Below, piece after piece: positions 1 to 7,669 of a DNA stretch of 64,000 nt. Both the position numbers and the translations under genes were made by a program. The DNA lies in assembly GCA_019116755.1 (NCBI GenBank), contig DXBB01000073.1, forward strand, positions 2,692 through 66,691, written 5' to 3'. The notes beneath the pieces were generated by a model that had not been told where the DNA came from, did not search any database, and saw nothing but the letters and a program-made list of their open reading frames with translations. The first letter of the stretch is position 1. Each line of letters starts with the position of its first letter. The DNA comes from Candidatus Gallimonas intestinavium (lineage in GTDB: Bacteria; Bacillota; Clostridia; Christensenellales; Borkfalkiaceae).

Positions 1-1142
1 TCCTCGACGTCGATCTTGCCGCCGTCCCCGTTCTCACACACGATTATACGCCTCTGCCTCCCAAAGAAGACGAATGCGCCGCCTTTGCGCGCACCCTCTC
101 CGAAGAAGAGCTCGCTACACTCCTCGTGGGGGCGGACGTGAGAGGGGAGGAACGCCTCGTCAACGTGATGGGTGCGAGCGGCTCCACGACGTCCGGACTC
201 TATGAAAGCCGCTCCATCCCCAACATCGTCCTCTCCGACGGCCCGCAGGGGCTCAACGTCACGCCCGAGGTCGTCGAACTTCCCGACGGCTCCTTAAAGA
301 GCACGCAGCCCTATCCGCAGTACGATTTCGGCTTCTTCGGCAAAATGATGCGCGCCAGGATGCTCGCCAAGCCCGAAGACGGCGTCTGCCACTATCAGTA
401 TGCGACGGCATGGCCGTGTGGGCTCGTCCGCGCGCAGACATGGAACACCGCCCTCATGGAGCGCCTCGGCGACGCGTTGGGGAAGGAGATGGAAGAGCTC
501 GGCGTCACCGTCTGGCTGGCGCCCGGCATGAACCTCCTTCGCAATCCGCTCTGCGGCCGCACCTTCGAGTACTGCTCGGAGGACCCCGTCCTCTCGGGCG
601 AGATCGCGGCGGCAACCGTGCGCGGCGTGCAGAAGCACGAAGGAAAGGGGTGTTCCATCAAGCACTTCGCCTGCAACAACAGCGAATTTGAGCGTGTCTT
701 CTCTTCGAGCAACATAAAGGAGCGCGCCCTTCGGGAACTCTACTTAAAAGGCTTCCGCATTGCTGTCCAAAAGTCCGCTCCCATGACGGTCATGGCGAGC
801 TACAATAAGATCAACGGCGTCTACAACACCAACAATTATGACCTCCTCACCAAAGTCTTGCGGCAGGAGTGGGGCTTCGAAAACGCCGTCATCTCCGATT
901 GGGATTCCGTCCTCGAAGGCAGGGGCGATCTCAAACAGGCGCACGCGGCGGGCTGCGACCTCGTCATGCCGGGGAGCGCAAAACAGGCGGAAGCGCTCGC
1001 AGAAGCCCTCCGTTCGGGCGAGGTCAACAGAGAGGACTGCATCCGCTCCGCCGCCCGCATCTTAAAGCTCATCGCGGCAAACCGCGTCGTTCCGTTTGCA
1101 ATTTTGAACAAGCAAGCGCAAAAATCTTTCAGATTACATTAA
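1..1142 (+). CDS. Glycoside hydrolase family 3 (BglX-type N-terminal catalytic domain); 5' end lies upstream of the window; product stops right after the N-domain
   Basis: The frame is open from nt 3 up to the track ORF start at 126, so the gene enters from upstream. GH3 hallmarks are present: SDGPQGLN, NPLCGRTFEYCSEDP, KHFACNNSE, ISDWDS, DLVMPG. The product ends about 55 aa after DLVMPG, with no C-terminal alpha/beta-sandwich or FnIII domain. Confidence 0.8.
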   Translation, partial: LDVDLAAVPVLTHDYTPLPPKEDECAAFARTLSEEELATLLVGADVRGEERLVNVMGASGSTTSGLYESRSIPNIVLSDGPQGLNVTPEVVELPDGSLKSTQPYPQYDFGFFGKMMRARMLAKPEDGVCHYQYATAWPCGLVRAQTWNTALMERLGDALGKEMEELGVTVWLAPGMNLLRNPLCGRTFEYCSEDPVLSGEIAAATVRGVQKHEGKGCSIKHFACNNSEFERVFSSSNIKERALRELYLKGFRIAVQKSAPMTVMASYNKINGVYNTNNYDLLTKVLRQEWGFENAVISDWDSVLEGRGDLKQAHAAGCDLVMPGSAKQAEALAEALRSGEVNREDCIRSAARILKLIAANRVVPFAILNKQAQKSFRLH

Positions 1143-1228
1143 ATAAGTGATACAACTATGAAAAATCCGCAATATAGAACAGTTCAAACACGCTATAATG
1201 CAGATAACATCATATAAGGGGTGATCTT

Positions 1229-1405
1229 ATGACAGACCGGGTCTCGGCGGTATCTTCCGCCAAAGCGGCGGGGTGTACGGGCTCCAAACGGCCGCGCTCC
1301 GAAGGCCACGGCTGGGGAAAGGACTTCAAGCTCAATTGGATCTTGTATCTCATCTTCATTCCCTGCGCCGTCTACTTCATCATTTATCATTCTCTCAACG
1401 GCTAA
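1229..1405 (+). pseudogene. Remnant of an LplB/CUT1-type sugar ABC permease (N-terminal tail plus TM1 only)
   Basis: ATG at 1229 follows an AAGGGG RBS. The ORF is 58 codons, below the track cutoff: MTDRVSAVSSAKAAGCTGSKRPRSEGHGWGKDFKLNWILYLIFIPCAVYFIIYHSLNG*. It matches only the first part of the intact permeases at 22853 (WKKDFKTNWVIYCLFLPVLVWLILFHYLP) and 60270, then terminates. Confidence 0.65.
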
Positions 1406-1498
1406 ACTCCTCTTCATTTCTATCCCCCTGAGAAACGGCACGTCCGGCAGTTGCCGAACGTGCTGTTCTCCCAATAAAACCAAAATAAGGAATATATC

Positions 1499-3286
1499 AT
1501 GGTCAACTTAAAAGCAAAACCCTTCTGTCTCACCGACGAACAGATTTCCTGGGTGGAAGACACCATCGCCCGGATGACGAAAGAGGAAAAGATCGGTCAG
1601 CTCTTCATCCATCTCACGGGCTCCAACAAGGAAGAGGACGTCCAAGAGGAAGTCTCCCGTATGCACATGGGCGGCATCCGCTTCAACCCCCGCTCCAAGG
1701 AAGAGATGTGGGAGATGAACTACAACTTCCAGAAATGTTCCAAGATCCCCGTCCTTTCCGCCGTCAACGTCGAATCGGGCGGCAACGGCGCAAGTAAGGA
1801 CGGCACCTTCATCGGGAATGAGATGAAGATCGCCGCGACGGGCGACACCAGATACGCCTACGAACTCGGCCGCATCTGCGGCATCGAAACGAAGGCGACG
1901 GGAAGTAATTGGGCATTTGCGCCCATCGTCGATCTCGTCACAAATTGGCACAACCCCGGCATCTCCGTGCGCGGATGGGGGAAGGATGCCGATACCGTGC
2001 TTGCAATGAGCAAGGAATATTTCCGCGGCATTTCGGAAAGCGGCATCGTCTGCGCGATGAAGCACTTCCCGGGCGACGGCTCGGACGAGCGCGACCCCCA
2101 CATCGCCACCTCCGTCAACGCGCTTTCCATGGAAGAGTGGGATCGGAGTTACGGCAAAGTCTACAAGGGCATGATCGAAGCGGGCGTGCAGGCGGTGATG
2201 CCCGGGCACATCATGATGCCCGCCTACCAGCGTCATTTCTGCCCCGATCTCAAAGATGAGGATCTGAAGCCCGCCACCCTCTCGAAGGAGCTTTTGGGCG
2301 ATCTTCTCCGCGGCAAGCTCGGCTTCAACGGGCTCATCGTCTCGGATGCCTCTCACATGGTCGGGCTCACGGGCAGGGCAAAGCGCAGCGAGCTCGTCCC
2401 GGGCGCCATCATGGCGGGCATCGATATGTTCCTCTTCTACAATGACATCGAAGAAGACACCCGCTACATGACGGAAGCGTACGACAAGGGCTTCCTCACA
2501 GAAGAGAGGCTGCACGATGCGCTTTCCCGTATCCTCGCCCTCAAATGCGTCATCGGGCTCGACAAGTTCACGCTCGATCAATTCCCTGCAAAGGAAGGAC
2601 TCTCCGCCATCGGCAGGCCCGAATATAAGGAAATTGCGAAGGAAGTCGCCGAAAAGTCGGTCACCCTCGTCAAGCACACCGAGGACATCTTCCCCGTCAC
2701 GCCCGAAAAGTACAAGCGCGTCCTGCTGGTCTCCGTCGGTCCTCACCCGAGCCCCATCTTAGCGCGTGCCGGCATGGGCGCAGACGGCTCCAAGCTCAAA
2801 AATCAGCTCAAAGAAAAGTTGGAGGCGCGCGGCTTTGCGGTCACCGAGTACGTCGACCCCGTCGCCAAGATCGTCGAGCTCATGCAAAAGGGCGGGGACG
2901 AAGCGACCAAGCTCCTCTCGCAGAAGGGCAACAAGGGCGCTTACGGCCTCAAGCAGTCCGTCTCGGCGCTCACCGACAACTACGACCTCGTCCTCTGCTA
3001 TGCGAACGTTTCCTCGACGATGCGCACGACGCAGCGTCTCGAGTGGGCGATCAGCAAGGGCGGGTGGGATAACCCCTGGTACGTCAACGAGATCCCGACT
3101 GTTTTCGTCTCCTTCAACTGTCCCTTCCACTTGGTGGACGTGCCGCAGATCAAGACCTTCGTCAACTGCTACGATGCAAACGAAGCGACCGTCGATGCCT
3201 TCCTCGATAAACTCGAAGGCAAGAGCGAATTTACGGGCATCTCTCCCGTGGACGCCTTCTGCGGGATGCTCGACACGAGGTTTTAA
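1499..3286 (+). CDS. Glycoside hydrolase family 3 protein (595 aa)
   Basis: Motifs AFAPIVDL, KHFPGDGSDERDPH, MPGHIMMPAY and LIVSDASHM are typical of the GH3 N-terminal domain. AAGGAA RBS upstream. No signal peptide. Confidence 0.8.
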   Translation: MVNLKAKPFCLTDEQISWVEDTIARMTKEEKIGQLFIHLTGSNKEEDVQEEVSRMHMGGIRFNPRSKEEMWEMNYNFQKCSKIPVLSAVNVESGGNGASKDGTFIGNEMKIAATGDTRYAYELGRICGIETKATGSNWAFAPIVDLVTNWHNPGISVRGWGKDADTVLAMSKEYFRGISESGIVCAMKHFPGDGSDERDPHIATSVNALSMEEWDRSYGKVYKGMIEAGVQAVMPGHIMMPAYQRHFCPDLKDEDLKPATLSKELLGDLLRGKLGFNGLIVSDASHMVGLTGRAKRSELVPGAIMAGIDMFLFYNDIEEDTRYMTEAYDKGFLTEERLHDALSRILALKCVIGLDKFTLDQFPAKEGLSAIGRPEYKEIAKEVAEKSVTLVKHTEDIFPVTPEKYKRVLLVSVGPHPSPILARAGMGADGSKLKNQLKEKLEARGFAVTEYVDPVAKIVELMQKGGDEATKLLSQKGNKGAYGLKQSVSALTDNYDLVLCYANVSSTMRTTQRLEWAISKGGWDNPWYVNEIPTVFVSFNCPFHLVDVPQIKTFVNCYDANEATVDAFLDKLEGKSEFTGISPVDAFCGMLDTRF

Positions 3287-3288
3287 CG

Positions 3289-4116
3289 ATGGCGCATTCT
3301 CTGCATGAGTTCGTCCGCCGCAAGCCCTTCCTTCTCTGTGTCGACAGCGACGGCTGCGCGATGGACACCATGAACATCAAGCACTTCCGCTGCTTCGGTC
3401 CCTGTTTTGCCGATGAGTGGGGCTTGGATGCGGGCCGCGACGCCGCACTCAGGCGCTGGAACGAGATCAACCTCTTCTCCATGACGCGCGGCATCAACCG
3501 CTTCTTGGGCCTTGCCCACATCCTGACGGAGCTCTTCCCCGACGATCAAAACGTCGCGGCATTCTCCCGATGGGCAAACAACAGCAAAGAACTTTCCGAG
3601 CGCGCCGTCGAAGCCCACGCCGCCGAAAACCCCGTCTTTCAAAAAGCGCTCTCCTGGTCGCGCGCCGTCAACAAGGCGATCGGGGAACTCACCGATGAGG
3701 AAAAAACCGCCTTTCGCGGCGTCCGCGCCGTCCTCGAAGAGGCGCACAAATCCTTTGATATCGCCGTCGTCTCCAGCGCCAACTATGCGGCGGTCGAGGA
3801 GGAGTGGGCGCGCTGCGGCCTGCTTGCCCACGTTGACGTCCTCACCACCCAGCAGGACGGCTCCAAAGCCCACTGCATCGCCGAGCTCCTCAAAAAGGGG
3901 TACGCGCCCCAAAGCGCCGTCATGTGCGGCGACGCCCCGGGCGACGAGAGGGCGGCAAGCGAAAACGGCGTCTTCTTCTATCCCATTCTCGTAAGAAGCG
4001 AGGAGGCCTCGTGGGAAGCGCTTCCCGCCTTCCTCGAGCTTGTCAAAGAGGGAAGGGCAGAAGGGGAGGAAGCCCGCCTCAAAGCGGCATTTTTCCGCAA
4101 CCTCGGCGGAAATTGA
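3289..4116 (+). CDS. HAD-superfamily hydrolase (putative sugar phosphatase)
   Basis: N-terminal DxDG nucleophile motif (LLCVDSDGCAMDT), a later VVSSAN segment, and a C-terminal GDAPGDERAA motif (HAD motif IV-like). Starts 3 nt after the GH3 stop. Confidence 0.6.
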   Translation: MAHSLHEFVRRKPFLLCVDSDGCAMDTMNIKHFRCFGPCFADEWGLDAGRDAALRRWNEINLFSMTRGINRFLGLAHILTELFPDDQNVAAFSRWANNSKELSERAVEAHAAENPVFQKALSWSRAVNKAIGELTDEEKTAFRGVRAVLEEAHKSFDIAVVSSANYAAVEEEWARCGLLAHVDVLTTQQDGSKAHCIAELLKKGYAPQSAVMCGDAPGDERAASENGVFFYPILVRSEEASWEALPAFLELVKEGRAEGEEARLKAAFFRNLGGN

Positions 4117-4142
4117 CGTGCGCGGCAAGAAAAAACAAAAAT

Positions 4143-4172
4143 TTGTCATCATTCCAACAATTTTGATAGAAT
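4143..4172 (+). promoter_or_regulatory. Putative promoter of the SDR-uxaC-uxuA-eda block
   Basis: TTGTCA (4143-4148), 18-nt spacer, TAGAAT (4167-4172) with an upstream TG. Shares a module with 16918-16972. Confidence 0.45.
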
Positions 4173-4230
4173 AAAACAGTCCGATGTGCTATCATAAAGG
4201 GGAACAAAGCCAAGAATCAGGAGGAAACTT

Positions 4231-5055
4231 ATGAAACTGCCTTTTCAAGTCGATTTAAGCAACAAAGTTGTCGCCGTTACGGGTGCGGGCGGCGTCCTCA
4301 TGAGCGATTTCGCCCGTGCCCTTGCGGAATGCGGCGCCAAAGTCGCCCTGCTCGATATCAACTACGATGCGGCGAAAGCGGTCGCCGATGAGCTCGGCGA
4401 AAACGCCATCGCCGTCCGCTGCAACTGCCTCGATAAAGAGAGCATCAAGGCGGCCAAAGAGGAGGTGAACGAAGCGTTCGGCGCCGTCAACTTCCTCATC
4501 AACGGCGCGGGCGGCAACAATCCGCGCGCCACGACGGACAACGAAACGGCAGCCGAGGAAGCGCAGAAGGACTTCTTCGCCCTCGACGAGAGCGGAATAA
4601 AATTCGTGTTCGACCTCAACATCACGACGGCGTTCCTCGTCACGCAGGTGTTCGCTGCCGACATGATAAAAACGGGTGGCAACATCATCAACATCTCCTC
4701 GATGAACGCCTACCGCCCCTTGACCAAGATCCCCGCCTATTCCGCAGCAAAGGCAGGCATCAGTAACTTCACGCAGTGGCTCGCCGTGCACTTTGCCTCG
4801 AAGGGCATCCGCTGCAACGCCATCGCGCCCGGCTTTTTCGTCACCAATCAGAACCGCGCCCTTCTCTTCAACGAGGACGGCTCTCCCACGGCCCGCACGG
4901 GTAAAATTTTAGCCGCCACACCCATGAAGAAGTTCGGCGAAACGAAGGACCTCCTCGGCGCGTTATTGTGGCTCTCCGACGACGAGGCGAGCGGCTTCGT
5001 GACGGGCACGGTGATCCCTGTGGACGGCGGCTTCTCGGCCTATTCGGGCGTTTGA
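4231..5055 (+). CDS. Short-chain dehydrogenase/reductase; likely the SDR-type D-mannonate (fructuronate) oxidoreductase of the hexuronate pathway
   Basis: Rossmann motif VTGAGGVLMS and catalytic YSAAKAG. Length is about 274 aa, with a GAGGNNPRATTD insert as I recall for YjmF/UxuB-like SDRs. Context includes uxaC and uxuA. GGAGG RBS. Confidence 0.65.
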   Translation: MKLPFQVDLSNKVVAVTGAGGVLMSDFARALAECGAKVALLDINYDAAKAVADELGENAIAVRCNCLDKESIKAAKEEVNEAFGAVNFLINGAGGNNPRATTDNETAAEEAQKDFFALDESGIKFVFDLNITTAFLVTQVFAADMIKTGGNIINISSMNAYRPLTKIPAYSAAKAGISNFTQWLAVHFASKGIRCNAIAPGFFVTNQNRALLFNEDGSPTARTGKILAATPMKKFGETKDLLGALLWLSDDEASGFVTGTVIPVDGGFSAYSGV

Positions 5056-5069
5056 GCGCGCATTCATCG
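5050..5069 (+). repeat. Stop-codon-associated repeat, copy 1a
   Basis: GTTTGAGCGCGCATTCATCG. The TGA is the stop of the SDR gene. Confidence 0.6.
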
Positions 5070-5179
5070 TGCATGGCGGTGTCGGGCTTGCGTTTCGCTT
5101 CGGGTCATGTATGTCTTTATACACTCCCCTCGCAAAGCCGCGCCCTCCTTGCCCTGCACGCGACTGCCCACTCAAACAA

Positions 5180-5215
5180 GTCTGAGCGCGCATTCATCGC
5201 GCCATACTTTGTCGC
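5180..5215 (+). repeat. Stop-codon-associated repeat, copy 1b
   Basis: GTCTGAGCGCGCATTCATCG matches copy 1a at 19 of 20 positions, 130 nt downstream. It continues with ATACTTTGTCGC, which is shared with the copy at 23966. Confidence 0.6.
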
Positions 5216-5247
5216 GCTGCGGCAACTTTCATCATAAGGAGTTCATC

Positions 5248-6303
5248 ATGTACACCGCATTCACCCCCGGCGCCCCGTGGCTGGATACCGACGGCAAGCG
5301 CATCCAGGCGCACGGCGGGCAGATCTTCCAAGAGAACGGCACCTACTATTGGCTCGGGGAAAACAAGGATCACACCACGGGCGAGGACGAGGTCTGGACG
5401 TGGGGCGTGCGCCTCTATTCCTCTCACGACCTCATGAATTGGCAGGACGAAGGTCTCATCGTGCCGCCCGAGCCCGACGACCGGGAGAGCATCCTGCATC
5501 CCGCGCGCCATCTCGATCGCCCGCACCTCCTTTTCAACGAAAAGACGAAAAAGTACGTCCTCTGGCTCAAATTCTGCGACGATTCGCACTACGCTGTTCT
5601 CACGGCGGACGCTCTCAAAGGCCCCTACACCATCGTGAACAGCCGCTATTTCCCCTGCGGCCGCAAGTGCGGCGACTTCGACCTTTGGAAGGACGAGAAG
5701 GGCAATGCCTACATCTATTTCGAGGCGGACCACACCGACCTTTTGGGCGCGCACCTTTCCGCCGACTATACGCAGGTGGAAGGGGAGCCCGTCGCCATCT
5801 ATTCGGGCAAAAAGCCGCCCGAAACGCGCGAGGCGCCCACCCATTTTGTGCGCGGCGGCCGCCATTATCTTCTGACGAGCGGCATGACGGGCTATCGCCC
5901 CAACCCCTCGGAAGTGGCTGTCTCCGACGACCCGCTCCGCGGCTACACCGTCCTCGGCGACCTTTCAGAGGGCGACCCTTCCAACACCACCTTCCACTCG
6001 CAGAGCACCTGCGTCATCGAGGTGAATGGCCGGTATCTGTACCTCGGCGACCGGTGGATGCCCGAGCTCAATGATTGGAGCTACACGGGCGATCTCCGTC
6101 CCGACCCCGCCACGCAGAAAAAGATCATGGCAAAGCTCAAAGAGCTCGGTCTCGATCCCGTCCGCGACCGTGAAGAGGCGATGAAGGTCGCCATCCACAT
6201 CTCGGAAGCCTGCAACACCTCGCTCGCCGACTATGTGCTCCTGCCTCTCGAGTGGGAGGGGGAGCGCCCTATATTACATTGGAAAGACACCTGGAAACTT
6301 TGA
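5248..6303 (+). CDS. GH43 five-bladed propeller glycosidase, subfamily-24-like (exo-beta-1,3-galactanase type)
   Basis: I place the start at ATG 5248 (AAGGAG RBS at 5237-5242), not the track start at 5107. Motifs WLDTDGKRIQAHGG, YYWLGENK, YSSHDLMNW, GPY, EAPTHFVRGGRHYLLTSGMTGYRPNP and YLGDRWMP follow the pattern I recall for characterised GH43_24 exo-beta-1,3-galactanases. Paralog of 34033-35073. Confidence 0.75.
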   Translation: MYTAFTPGAPWLDTDGKRIQAHGGQIFQENGTYYWLGENKDHTTGEDEVWTWGVRLYSSHDLMNWQDEGLIVPPEPDDRESILHPARHLDRPHLLFNEKTKKYVLWLKFCDDSHYAVLTADALKGPYTIVNSRYFPCGRKCGDFDLWKDEKGNAYIYFEADHTDLLGAHLSADYTQVEGEPVAIYSGKKPPETREAPTHFVRGGRHYLLTSGMTGYRPNPSEVAVSDDPLRGYTVLGDLSEGDPSNTTFHSQSTCVIEVNGRYLYLGDRWMPELNDWSYTGDLRPDPATQKKIMAKLKELGLDPVRDREEAMKVAIHISEACNTSLADYVLLPLEWEGERPILHWKDTWKL

Positions 6304-6340
6304 GCGCCTACTGAAACAACATATCAAATAAGGAGAAATC

Positions 6341-7669
6341 ATGAAATCTTTCTTCGGGTCCGACCTGCTCTTGAACAGCGAGTCGGCGAAAAAGATCTAC
6401 GCGGAAGTCAAAGGCCTTCCCATCATCGACTATCACTGCCATCTCGACCAGTATAAGATCAAAGAGGACGCCAAATTCCAAAACATCGGCGAACTCTGGC
6501 TTTCGGGCGATCACTACAAATGGCGTGCGATGCGCCTCTGCGGGGTGGGGGAGGAGCTCATCACGGGCAACAGCTCGTGGCGCGAAAAGTTCCGCGCTTA
6601 CGCCTCCGTCCTTCCAAAGCTCGCGGGGAACCCGCTCTACTATTGGACGCACATGGAGCTTCAGCAGGTGTTCGGCATCTTCGAACCGCTGAGCGCGGAG
6701 AGCGCCGACCGCATCTTCGACGCCGCCAACGAAAAGCTTCAGAATATCTCTGTTTCCACTCTTTTGAAGCAGTACAAGGTGGAGTTCGTCGCCACGACGG
6801 ACGACCCTTGCGACGACCTTGCAGCCCACGGCAAATACGGCGGAACGCTCGTCGCTCCCACCTTCCGCCCCGATAAGCTCTTCACGCTCGACGAAGGTTA
6901 TCTTGAGTGTTTGGGCGAGACGGCGGGGGAGGATGTGAGCACGCTGAACGGCCTCTTAAAAGCCGTCGAAAAGCGCCTTTTATACTTCATTTCCCGCGGA
7001 TGCCGCATCTCAGATCACGGATTTTGCCGTTTTGCACAGTATTATGTCACGCATAGTACTGCCGAAAAACTGTATTCGGAGCGCAGATCGCTCAGCGAAG
7101 AGCAAAAAGAGGCGCTTTTTGGGTATCTTCTCGTCGAGCTCGCCCGTCTCTATAAAAAGCATCATATCATCATGCAGCTCCACTTTGCCGTGACGCGCAA
7201 CGTCAACGGCCCCATGTTCGCAACGTGCGGGGCGGATGCGGGCTTCGACGTCATCGCCGACCGCTCTCCCATTCAGAATGTCATTCAATTCTTCGGGCAA
7301 CTATCCGATGAAGAACGCCCCGAAACCATTTTATATACTTTGAACGATTCCGAGCTCCCCGCGCTCGCCTGCCTCACGGGCGCCTTCCGCCATGTCAAGA
7401 TGGGCGCCGCGTGGTGGTTCAACGATACCGTGCAGGGCATCCGCAAAAATCTTTCCACGATCGCGGAATATTCCGCCCTCGGGACAAACTACGGGATGCT
7501 CACCGACAGCCGCTCGTTTTCTTCCTACGCCCGCTTCGACTTCTTCCGCCGCATCCTCTCCGACTTCCTCGGAAACCTTGTTGAGAGGGGCGAGTACGAC
7601 CTTTCCGCCGCTTTAGAAACGGCAAAAAACATCTGTTACTACAACATCAAGGAGGCGCTCCAATTATGA
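6341..7669 (+). CDS. uxaC: Glucuronate (uronate) isomerase
   Basis: Motifs LPIIDYHCHL, SGDHYKWRAMR and WWFND are UxaC hallmarks. AAGGAG RBS. Confidence 0.9.
   Translation: MKSFFGSDLLLNSESAKKIYAEVKGLPIIDYHCHLDQYKIKEDAKFQNIGELWLSGDHYKWRAMRLCGVGEELITGNSSWREKFRAYASVLPKLAGNPLYYWTHMELQQVFGIFEPLSAESADRIFDAANEKLQNISVSTLLKQYKVEFVATTDDPCDDLAAHGKYGGTLVAPTFRPDKLFTLDEGYLECLGETAGEDVSTLNGLLKAVEKRLLYFISRGCRISDHGFCRFAQYYVTHSTAEKLYSERRSLSEEQKEALFGYLLVELARLYKKHHIIMQLHFAVTRNVNGPMFATCGADAGFDVIADRSPIQNVIQFFGQLSDEERPETILYTLNDSELPALACLTGAFRHVKMGAAWWFNDTVQGIRKNLSTIAEYSALGTNYGMLTDSRSFSSYARFDFFRRILSDFLGNLVERGEYDLSAALETAKNICYYNIKEALQL

Noticed and set aside
60-100. Similarity of CGCCTTTGCGCGCACCCTC (inside the first GH3 gene) to CGCCTTTGCGCACTCCTC in the 23942-24098 spacer repeat
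   Set aside because: The identical core is only about 11 nt, a length expected by chance many times in 64 kb, and it lies inside a coding region.
1-1142. Reading the first GH3 as a naturally single-domain NagZ-type enzyme
   Set aside because: Its motifs (KHFACNNSE, SDWDS, NPLCGRTFEY) are of the two-domain BglX type seen in the four other GH3 genes here. It also has extra sequence N-terminal to the catalytic domain. Truncation or domain rearrangement is more likely, but this cannot be settled without the upstream sequence.
1193-1483. A 96-aa minus-strand ORF between the first two GH3 genes
   Set aside because: It has no RBS or motifs. The + strand permease fragment with an RBS explains the coding-like signal in this spacer better.
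5107-5247. N-terminal extensions of track ORFs (5107, 13127, 27044, 33880, 38841, 47592..49949, 49313..50947, 53781, 58556, 62237..63295)
   Set aside because: In each case an internal ATG with a well-spaced AAGGAGG-type RBS starts a sequence matching the family N-terminus or a signal peptide. The upstream part is Arg/Pro-rich or overlaps the preceding gene or an intergenic repeat.
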